Positions 56,809 through 64,000 of a DNA stretch of 64,000 nucleotides are shown piece after piece. Each line of letters begins with the position of its first letter. Positions within the stretch are counted from its first letter, which is position 1. The notes below the pieces were generated by a model. It was not told where the DNA came from. It ran no database searches and saw only the letters and a list, made by a program, of their open reading frames with translations. The stretch comes from Pyrinomonadaceae bacterium (GTDB lineage: Bacteria > Acidobacteriota > Blastocatellia > Pyrinomonadales > Pyrinomonadaceae). The translations under genes and the position numbers were made by a program. Location: contig DASUNM010000015.1 of the NCBI GenBank assembly GCA_036277115.1, forward strand, positions 108,451 to 172,450, written 5' to 3'.

Positions 56809-57015
56809 GTCGCTGCCACGCTGTGCATGGCTAGGCGGTATCTTTACTCATTTTCAAGATCCTGCACATAGCGAACGTGTGAGTAATGGTCGTCAAGTTG
56901 GGAGCCGATACTCTCCAGGTATTTGGAAAGTTTGCTCAGGTCGGTACCCCAAGCAACCCAACGCGCCATAGTTGTTCGATTCCCTGCGTGTTGCGTCGGA
57001 AGGTGTAAGGCTTGT

Positions 57016-57513
57016 CTAGGGAAGCAATTCCGGCACGACTAACCACTGAAACGTTCCCGAACCATTCTCCACCGACTGACCACTAATTGTGAGATGGGCA
57101 GTTGCGCCATAAGCATCGGGCCAGGGCAGATTAGAATTCGTCAGCTGTTTGAATACTTCTCCAATCATGGGAAAGTGCCAAACAACGAACAGGTGCATGG
57201 GATGCTCATCTGCTACAACCGTCCGCATGGTATTGAACACTGAGGTTAGACTGACTGTAGAAGACAATTGACGTATAGGTCGTGCTGCAGTCGGCGGTAG
57301 ATTTTGTGCCAGACACAGACTCTTGAGGATGATATTAGCGGTTCGCTCTGCCCGTTTCTTGTTGCTGCTCAAGATCGAGGTCGTGTCGGGCGTTATGCCA
57401 AGCCTCACAAACATGCTACCGAGCTTAGCAGCCTGGGACTGACCGGTGGTCGACAATGAGGGATCGTTACCGTTTTGTACAGGTTTGGCATGGCGTATCA
57501 GATATAGGTTCAT
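57016..57513 (-). CDS. Histidine phosphatase family protein (SixA-like)
   Basis: 165 aa. MNLYLIRHAKP..LSTTGQSQA. Confidence 0.7.
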   Translation of the reverse strand: MNLYLIRHAKPVQNGNDPSLSTTGQSQAAKLGSMFVRLGITPDTTSILSSNKKRAERTANIILKSLCLAQNLPPTAARPIRQLSSTVSLTSVFNTMRTVVADEHPMHLFVVWHFPMIGEVFKQLTNSNLPWPDAYGATAHLTISGQSVENGSGTFQWLVVPELLP

Positions 57514-57815
57514 TGATTCAATTCCCCTCTCCTACAGATATGAGCGTTAGCCTCTGAAGCTGGCCTGTTTCACTTGTCTCGAAAAGCACCGAACTAAGAT
57601 TCTCTCAGCCACTTTCTAATGATCTTTAGGCCCAGGACATTTCATGGTCTGACTTAGAGGAGCGATTGTGAACGTTTGAGTTTTACCGGGCGGCGCTAGA
57701 GCAAGGAGAAATTGTGAAGGAAGAAGGCGGAATCAATCTCATTGGTTTATCCTCTCTCGTCCTTCATTCTGCTTTTCGGCGCCGGTTCAAAGAGTGGGCA
57801 CGCGGCCATAACAAG

Positions 57816-58196
57816 TTAATTCTCGATGCGCAATTTCCCATCAGCCGTCAGCGCATCCGAACAATCAGTGGTTTCACAAAGCCTGATAGGGAGTTCGTTC
57901 CTGGCAACGATATCGATAACGTTCTTGAAGATGGGGTGGGGTTGGGCTTCGTGAGGCGCTTCACGCGAATACAAGACGACGCCATGTCTTCGTGCCAACG
58001 CTCCCAACGCCTCATCGAGTTCTTCGAGCGTTACATTTTTTCCGTCAAGCGTGACCTGGCCTGATTTTTGGACGTACACCTTTGCATACGGCGTATCCGC
58101 GGTCCGCATGTTCGCCGAATTCTGGTTCTTGCACCCGCCCAAAAGCATCAGCGATGGAAGAAAAAGCAGAAGGATCAGGTTGACTAATGACTTCAT
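57816..58196 (-). CDS. Lipoprotein, possibly with an ExbD/TolR-like fold
   Basis: ORF 57816..58286, with an ATG at 58196. Lipobox LLGGC. KVYVQKSGQVTLDGKNVTLEELDEAL pattern. Confidence 0.45.
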   Translation of the reverse strand: MKSLVNLILLLFLPSLMLLGGCKNQNSANMRTADTPYAKVYVQKSGQVTLDGKNVTLEELDEALGALARRHGVVLYSREAPHEAQPHPIFKNVIDIVARNELPIRLCETTDCSDALTADGKLRIEN

Positions 58197-58245
58197 GATT
58201 ATCTTGAGCCGCCGAACGTTTAGAGTTGACGCGGCGGCGGCGATT

Positions 58246-58854
58246 TCAATCATCCACCAGCGTATCAACCCAGTCGCCGAGCTCATTAATATAACGGCGC
58301 CGAACCTGAGCGGGCGGGATTGACTCAGCTAGATCACGTTCGTGTCTGATAAAGGCAATTGCGTTGACGGTCAAAGGACCGAGAATGATAAGAATCCCAA
58401 TTCCAAGTTCCACAAGATCTGGAATCTGATCGTCAGTAGGGAGATAGTTGCCAAGAATCAAGAGAGCGAACAATGACAACGCTACCGCAGCTCTCTTTGG
58501 GCGCATTGTAAAAAAGAAACTGAGACCGTAGAAAAGAAGACTTGCTAGCACGATACGCCCGAGCTTCCATCGCATGCCATGTAATCCGCCACAATGTGGG
58601 CACTGGACGAGGAACCCATTCCAACTGTCCCATTTTTTAAGCCCTAGTTTATTGCCACAGTGGAGACAAGGTTTGATTGAATCGCCTGGTTTGGCATCTC
58701 CGGGAAGAACTCCCTTGGGGTAACCCGTATCAGAAAAAGATTCGCTTGTTTCAACGACACTATCCGAATCAAGCAATATGGTGTCGCACCGCTTGCAAAA
58801 GGGCGTCGTCGCCCAATTTACCATTCCACATCGCGAACATTTGATGGAGTTCAT
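58246..58854 (-). CDS. Zinc-ribbon membrane protein
   Basis: ORF 58246..58914, with an ATG at 58854. CSRCG..CKRCD and CLHCG..CPHCGG, followed by three hydrophobic helices. Confidence 0.55.
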   Translation of the reverse strand: MNSIKCSRCGMVNWATTPFCKRCDTILLDSDSVVETSESFSDTGYPKGVLPGDAKPGDSIKPCLHCGNKLGLKKWDSWNGFLVQCPHCGGLHGMRWKLGRIVLASLLFYGLSFFFTMRPKRAAVALSLFALLILGNYLPTDDQIPDLVELGIGILIILGPLTVNAIAFIRHERDLAESIPPAQVRRRYINELGDWVDTLVDD

Positions 58855-59078
58855 GAGATAGATCCGGATCTGATCTCCGCCGCGTCTGAGCTGAGCCGCG
58901 CGGCGCGATTTCACTCAGCACTCACTATTCATCACGCCTTAGAGGATGGCTCCGGACACGCTCGTGCGCGTCGCAAGTAGCGAGAAGGTCGGCGGGAGTT
59001 CGAACTGGAAGTGCGGTGGGCTTAACCGGCAAAGCCGGAAGCCTAAAGAAGACGGGCAGCCTCACATATACTGGTGGG

Positions 59079-59618
59079 TCACTTCCAAAGCTCAACCCCT
59101 GTGGCCACGAAACTGATTTCGTCGGAGGTGCCGTCGGCGTTCCGCGCTATTTTCGCGCCATCCTCGACCAGGTGGTCGGCTTCCTCCTTGCTCAGGACTT
59201 TGACGCTGAATTCGCCCTCGGCCATGAATTTTAGACCGTCTGAATCTTTCGGGACGAAGAATTTGTGATCCAGAAAGCTGACGCGAACGCCCGCAGCTCC
59301 CGCCTTGGGCGCGATCTGCATCCAGCAGCCCTGCATTTTGCAAACGCGCTCGACGACGCCCTCGATAATCACGCGCTTGCCTGCGAATTTCGCCGGATCT
59401 TTCAAAACGTCGGCGAAAGCCACTGCGGGTGATTTACCGATCGGCTCGCCGCGCTTGATGCGGCCGCCTCCGGCGCTCATCGCCTCGGCAGCCGTCATAG
59501 TATTCCCAGACCCCTGCCCCTTCTCTTTCGAGTGTTTGTTGTCCTGGTAGGCCGTAACCCCGGCGAGCGCGGAGCAGGCGACAATCAGGAGCGACGCTAT
59601 AAATGTTTTCATGGCCAA
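59079..59618 (-). CDS. Secreted protein, DUF4920-like
   Basis: 179 aa with a signal peptide. VERVCKMQGCWM motif. Confidence 0.5.
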   Translation of the reverse strand: MAMKTFIASLLIVACSALAGVTAYQDNKHSKEKGQGSGNTMTAAEAMSAGGGRIKRGEPIGKSPAVAFADVLKDPAKFAGKRVIIEGVVERVCKMQGCWMQIAPKAGAAGVRVSFLDHKFFVPKDSDGLKFMAEGEFSVKVLSKEEADHLVEDGAKIARNADGTSDEISFVATGVELWK

Positions 59619-59907
59619 GCGAATTATCCTCTCTCACCCTCAGATAAGGTGGACCCGTCGTGCGGGCCGAGTCCGGGATTATAGATGTAAGAAAGGCTCA
59701 GCCAAAACCCCGTGGCCAATCACGCAGCTGTGACAGTTGGTTCTTTCAGCTTCCTCGCATGTTCCTAAGCTTCTTGAAACCGCTCGTTAATTGTTAACGT
59801 AGTAGAAATTTGACCTTTCGCGGCCGATCTGTGTTTGAATCGCGTACGGTCACGCGTTTTCAGGTTTAAGTCTCAAGTTTCGTTCTAGTTCGTTCAGGAG
59901 CACTCCA

Positions 59908-61746
59908 ATGAAAGTCTCTTCAAACATCGCGACGTTAACCCTGTTGCTGACAGTTTGGGTTCTGGCTGCAGGCAGCGTGGTTGCGCAAACGCCGACCCCG
60001 CGACCGACGCCGGTTAACCCTGCAACGCAACCGCCCGGGCAGGATCCTTTACCGACGCCCGCGCCGAATGCGCCGCCGGGAACGCAACCAATTTCGCCAC
60101 AGTCGCCACCGGGAGTTCTCGTGCAGCCGACGCCAGTTCCGACGCCGTTCGATCCGACATTGCCTGATCCGCGCGAGCCGAATTTCCCGGTGCAGCAGGC
60201 GCAGCCGTTGTTGCCGATGCCGGATCTCTCGCGGGTGGGAATCATCAGCAGCAACATCCTGAGCCTTTCGCTGAACGATGCGATTCGTAAGGCGCTGCAG
60301 AACAACAACGAGATCGAAATCGCACGCGACGACGTTCGCTTTGCTGAGACGCAACTGCGCGGCCTGTACGGTGTGTACGATCCGCTGTTCAGCATCACGC
60401 CGCAGATAATTCATAACATCACGCCGCAGCAAAGCAGCCTCGGCGGCGGCGGCGCGGCCGGTACGACGACCACGACGATTTTCAACTTCAGCCCGCAGGT
60501 CACTAAGTATTTCGAGCGCGGCGGGGGCAACTACACGCTGAGCTTCGCGAATTCGCGGCAGACGACAAATAATTCGTTCAGCTCCCTAAGTCCCTTCTAC
60601 TCGTCGAACCTGGCGCTGCAATTCAACCAGCCGCTGTTTCGAAATCGCAGCATCGATCTCAATCGCCGCTCGATCAAGATTCAGAAGAAGTTCATTCAGC
60701 AAACCGATTCTGATTTTCGGCAGCGAACGATTCAGATTATTTCGCAGGTGCAGGCCGCTTACTGGAACCTGGTGTTTGCGCTGCGCAATCAGCAGAACCA
60801 GCTCGAGAGTCTGAACGTCGCGCGGCAGAACATGCGCAATATCGAAGCGCAGATTGAAGCCGGCGCGAAGGCTCCCCTCGATCGCGCACAGGTGCAGACC
60901 GACATTTCATTGCGCGAGTCGCTACTTTTCACCGCCACGCAAAACGTTTCTATCTCAGAGAACTCTTTAAAGCAGTTGATGCTGCGCGACCCGGCCGCGC
61001 CCGAATGGACCGCGCAGATTACGCCGACTGATACCCCGGTGCTCGACTTGTCGCCGGTGAATCTGCAACTCGCGCTCGATGAAGCGCACAAAAACCGGCC
61101 TGAGATTCGGCGGCTAAACCTGCAGAAAGAAATTAACTCGATCGACATCGACTTCTATAAAAACCAGACGAAGCCGCAAGTCGATTTGAATGGCACATTC
61201 GCGCTGACCGGTCTGGCCGGGTCGCCCTGCGATCCGGTCACAAACACTCGCTGTACGCCGCCACCGACGAATCTCGTCGGCGGTTACGGAAAGGACATCC
61301 GCAACTTGTTCAGCGGCGACACGCGCAACCTGACGGTTGGGGTGACGATTTCATTCCCGTTCAAGAATCGAACTGCGGAAGCAAATCTCGCCGGCGCGCG
61401 CATTCAACGCGATCAGCTGGAGGCTTCGTTCCGTTCTCAGGACCAGGCAATCGAGATGGACGTTCGCAACGCGGCGCAGGCGGTGGACACTGCACGTCGC
61501 CGCGTCCTGACTTCACGAATGGCAAGAGAGAGCGCTGAGCAACAGCTCGCCGGCGAAGAGAAACTGTACGAAGTCGGCCGCTCGACCACGTTCCTGCTGC
61601 TCTCGCGGCAGAACGAACTGACTTTCGCCCGAACCAACGAACTCCAGGCGCAGACTGATTACAACAAGGCGCTCGCGGATCTTCAGCGGGCGACGGGCTC
61701 GACGCTCCGCATCAACAATATTACGGTTGAGCCTACCAAGGAGTAG
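59908..61746 (+). CDS. TolC-family outer-membrane efflux protein with a Pro-rich N-terminal extension
   Basis: 612 aa with a signal peptide. Two repeats of the OEP type (LSLNDAIRKALQNNNEIEIA, LQLALDEAHKNRPEI). Confidence 0.85.
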   Translation: MKVSSNIATLTLLLTVWVLAAGSVVAQTPTPRPTPVNPATQPPGQDPLPTPAPNAPPGTQPISPQSPPGVLVQPTPVPTPFDPTLPDPREPNFPVQQAQPLLPMPDLSRVGIISSNILSLSLNDAIRKALQNNNEIEIARDDVRFAETQLRGLYGVYDPLFSITPQIIHNITPQQSSLGGGGAAGTTTTTIFNFSPQVTKYFERGGGNYTLSFANSRQTTNNSFSSLSPFYSSNLALQFNQPLFRNRSIDLNRRSIKIQKKFIQQTDSDFRQRTIQIISQVQAAYWNLVFALRNQQNQLESLNVARQNMRNIEAQIEAGAKAPLDRAQVQTDISLRESLLFTATQNVSISENSLKQLMLRDPAAPEWTAQITPTDTPVLDLSPVNLQLALDEAHKNRPEIRRLNLQKEINSIDIDFYKNQTKPQVDLNGTFALTGLAGSPCDPVTNTRCTPPPTNLVGGYGKDIRNLFSGDTRNLTVGVTISFPFKNRTAEANLAGARIQRDQLEASFRSQDQAIEMDVRNAAQAVDTARRRVLTSRMARESAEQQLAGEEKLYEVGRSTTFLLLSRQNELTFARTNELQAQTDYNKALADLQRATGSTLRINNITVEPTKE

Positions 61747-61750
61747 CAAC

Positions 61751-61827
61751 ATTGCCGATTGAAGATTGTCGATTGCCGATTAGCGAAATGTATACTAATC
61801 GGCAATCGTAAATCGGCAATTGGCAAT
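61751..61827. repeat. Heptamer-phased inverted repeat (hairpin between the TolC stop and the GT2 start)
   Basis: Left arm ATTGCCG ATTGAAG ATTGTCG ATTGCCG ATTAGCG. Right arm CTAATCG GCAATCG TAAATCG GCAATTG GCAAT. Perfect 14-bp stem between 61770-83 and 61795-808. Confidence 0.65.
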
Positions 61828-62596
61828 GAAAATCTCCGCCTGCATCATCACCTTCAACGAAGAAGAAAATATTCACGCCGCTTGTGAATCGGTTTCTTGG
61901 GCGGACGAGATTGTCGTCGTCGATTCCGAATCCACCGATGCGACCGCTGAAATCGCCCGCACTTGCGGGGCGCGGGTCCTCTTCAACAAATGGCCCGGAT
62001 TTGCGAAGCAGAAGCAATTCGCGACTGATGCGGCCACTCACGAATGGGTCCTAAGCCTCGATGCAGATGAGCGCGTCTCGCCGGAACTCGAATCATCAAT
62101 TGCAGCTTTGCGCCGCCGGCCGCAGACGGCTTGGGCAGACGGCTATCGGCTCGCGCGGCGGACGTTTTATATGGGCCGCTGGATTCGCGGCGGTGGCTGG
62201 TACCCGGATTTTCAACTGCGCCTTTTTGATCGGCGGCACGGAAGCTGGGGCGACCGATTGATTCACGAATCCTTCGCGATGAACTCAGGGTCCAGAGTCG
62301 AAACACTTTCCGGGGACTTGCTTCACTACACAGTGCGCGACGCCGCCCATCATCAGCAGATGATTGAAGAGCGCTATGCGCCGCTTGGCGCGCAGCAGAT
62401 GCTTCGCGATGGCAAGCGCACGTCTTCGCTGCAAGCCGCCGTCGCCGGCCCGTCAGCGTTCGTGCGCAGCTACATCTTGAAATCCGGTTTTCGCGACGGC
62501 TCAGCGGGACTGATGATCGCAAAGTTTGCGGCGCGTCATGCGTCACTGAAGCATCGGCTGCTCCTGGACCTTCAGGATCGGCGCGATGAGGGGTGA
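61826..62596 (+). CDS. Family 2 glycosyltransferase
   Basis: ISACIITFNEEENI.., VVVDSESTDAT and LSLDADE. Confidence 0.85.
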   Translation: MKISACIITFNEEENIHAACESVSWADEIVVVDSESTDATAEIARTCGARVLFNKWPGFAKQKQFATDAATHEWVLSLDADERVSPELESSIAALRRRPQTAWADGYRLARRTFYMGRWIRGGGWYPDFQLRLFDRRHGSWGDRLIHESFAMNSGSRVETLSGDLLHYTVRDAAHHQQMIEERYAPLGAQQMLRDGKRTSSLQAAVAGPSAFVRSYILKSGFRDGSAGLMIAKFAARHASLKHRLLLDLQDRRDEG

Positions 62597-62784
62597 CAGA
62601 AGCACTCGATCCGGGGGTATCGCCCTGCGCGCTCACCCCGGCTACTCTCTTTCAGCCCGTCGGGCTGACTTCCATCTGTAACAATCACAGTTGGTGCATC
62701 AGACACCTACCTTATTGCTCTCGTAACGGGCAAAAAGAGAAAGCAGTAGGCAGGGCTTCTCTGTCGGGTTACAATCGCAGACGA

Positions 62785-63660
62785 ATGAGCCTGTTGGCGA
62801 TCGAGAACGTCCTGGACGTGCCGCTGCCAATCGTGGCCGCGTTCACGGGCATTCTCGGCGCCATCATCGGTAGTTTCCTCAACGTCGTCATTCACCGGAT
62901 CCCGCTTGAACAATCGATAGTCTTTCCGAATTCTGCGTGCCCGTCGTGTCGCACGCCTCTGCGCGCGTACGACAACATTCCAATTCTGAGCTTCTTAATC
63001 CTGCGGGGCCGCTGCCGCTCGTGCCGCAATCCCATTTCCGTCCGTTATCCAATCGTCGAGGCGTTGACCGCGCTCCTCTTCGCTGCCGTCGCCCTGCGTG
63101 ACGGCATTTCGTATGCGCTGCCATTCGATCTGGCTTTCGTGGCAGCACTTATCGCGCTGATCTTTATCGACGCCGAGCACATGATTCTGCCGAACGTGAT
63201 CACTTATCCCGGGATCATTTTCGCCGTGCTGACGCGCATTGCGCTGCCTTATCTCGTCGGACCCGAGCAGTTCGATGATTTGCCGGGGTTGTTAGCGCGG
63301 ATGCCGCAGCTTCCGGTGTGGGCCGTCTCGCTGATTGGCGCCGGTATCGGCGCGCTGGTTGGTGGCGGCTCGCTTTGGCTGATGGGATTTCTGTGGGAGA
63401 AGCTGCGCGGGGTTGAGGCGATGGGGCTCGGCGACGTCAAGATGATGTTCATGGTCGGCGCCTATCTTGGATGGCGCCTGGCGGTGCTCACAATCTTCTT
63501 CGGCGTTTTTACCGGCTCTTTCGCCGGCATCGCAATGATGGCCAAGCGCGGACGCAACATGCAGATGATGCTGCCGTTCGGAATCTTCCTGGGCATTGGC
63601 GCCATCTTCTGCCTGTTCTTCGGTCATCGCATCATCGAATGGTACGCGTCGCAGTTTTGA
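62785..63660 (+). CDS. Prepilin peptidase (A24 family)
   Basis: ORF 62593..63660, with an ATG at 62785. FLNVVIHRIP, CPSCRTPLRAYDNIP..RGRCRSCRNPIS and GLGDVKMM. Confidence 0.85.
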   Translation: MSLLAIENVLDVPLPIVAAFTGILGAIIGSFLNVVIHRIPLEQSIVFPNSACPSCRTPLRAYDNIPILSFLILRGRCRSCRNPISVRYPIVEALTALLFAAVALRDGISYALPFDLAFVAALIALIFIDAEHMILPNVITYPGIIFAVLTRIALPYLVGPEQFDDLPGLLARMPQLPVWAVSLIGAGIGALVGGGSLWLMGFLWEKLRGVEAMGLGDVKMMFMVGAYLGWRLAVLTIFFGVFTGSFAGIAMMAKRGRNMQMMLPFGIFLGIGAIFCLFFGHRIIEWYASQF

Positions 63661-63666
63661 TAGCTC

Positions 63667-64000
63667 ATGCGAATTAGCGGGCGGCAACTTTCGCTCACCC
63701 TCCTGGCGGCGGCGTTGCTGCTGGCTGCGGTCTTCATCTTCGCGGTCTTCGCTTTCGCTCCTGAGGTGGCGGGCGTCTACCAGCCGTTCCTGCTTACGAG
63801 TTTTATCGTCGCACTCTTCATTAGTCTGGTAGCCATCGCGTGGCTGCTGCGCGGAATTCTCCGCCCCTACAACCAACTAATCAGCGAAGCCGAGCGCGTG
63901 CCCGTCGCGCGATCCGGCAAGACGCAAAATGAAGCGGCGTTCGTGCTTGAAACATTTCAGTCCGTCGTCGCCCAACTTCAGGCGCAACAGCAGGAGTTGG
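63667..64000 (+). CDS. Partial membrane protein (5' part; possibly the N-terminus of a sensor kinase)
   Basis: ATG at 63667, open to the window end. Two hydrophobic helices, then a coiled-coil-like QSVVAQLQAQQQEL. Confidence 0.4.
   Translation, partial: MRISGRQLSLTLLAAALLLAAVFIFAVFAFAPEVAGVYQPFLLTSFIVALFISLVAIAWLLRGILRPYNQLISEAERVPVARSGKTQNEAAFVLETFQSVVAQLQAQQQEL

Noticed and set aside
56844-56969. 41-aa minus-strand ORF (MARWVAWGTDLSKLSKYLESIGSQLDDHYSHVRYVQDLENE) between the phosphatase and CSD-DUF1294 genes.
   Set aside because: The RBS is weak, it is very short and no motif is present. The evidence is insufficient to call it a gene.
57714-58064. 116-aa plus-strand ORF overlapping the 57816..58196 lipoprotein gene.
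   Set aside because: The minus-strand product has a proper lipobox and a sensible domain pattern. The plus-strand translation has no recognisable features and only a GTG start.
59850-60398. 182-aa minus-strand ORF opposite the 5' part of the TolC gene. Similar long antisense ORFs occur at 1443..2117, 4015..4548, 39917..40363, 41852..42322, 61983..62636 and 63292..63876.
   Set aside because: These are shadow ORFs on the opposite strand of clearly recognisable genes. Their translations are Arg/Gly/Cys/Pro-rich and low-complexity, with no start context.
1-64000. Searched by eye for CRISPR arrays, rRNA genes, and transposase, integrase or phage structural genes.
   Set aside because: None were found. 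Apart from the inverted-repeat elements listed, the only repeats are intragenic domain repeats (TPR, PKD-like, PEGA).

Overview
64-kb window, most likely from an Acidobacteriota-like soil bacterium. That origin is inferred from PEGA and DUF4384 domains, TPR-CHAT proteins and a kinase-linked ECF sigma factor. All calls come from reading the ORF translations and the DNA by eye; no searches were run.

Layout:
(1) 35-17124: a single 17-kb minus-strand gene train. It pairs a divergent tubulin/FtsZ-superfamily GTPase with a 1150-aa actin/Hsp70-fold ATPase and a vWA lipoprotein. It also has small membrane proteins and five single-pass membrane proteins. Three of those are tandem paralogs sharing a roughly 140-aa, 14-Cys cytoplasmic module but carrying different ectodomains (TPR, PKD/Ig-like, FGE-sulfatase). 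This is the best candidate for an undescribed system.
(2) 18204-35801: an island with four CHAT (caspase-like) genes. One is decayed by an in-frame TAG plus a 1-nt indel in a G6 run. The island also holds two ECF sigma factors, an anti-sigma factor, a Ser/Thr kinase, DUF4384 proteins and a ToxR-like regulator.
(3) 36007-37225: four very small genes.
(4) 37406-42264: housekeeping tRNA-Leu(GAG), secG, tpiA, pgk and gap, interrupted by an opposite-strand ricin-type lectin gene.
(5) 42.5-64 kb: mixed genes, including MOSC, a radical SAM enzyme with a coupled small protein, a beta-lactamase-fold hydrolase, DUF families, TolC, a GT2 and a prepilin peptidase.

Non-coding structure: three intercistronic hairpins have arms made of 4-5 tandem heptamers, and there is a 243-bp MITE-like palindromic element. 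No CRISPR array, rRNA, transposase or integrase was seen.
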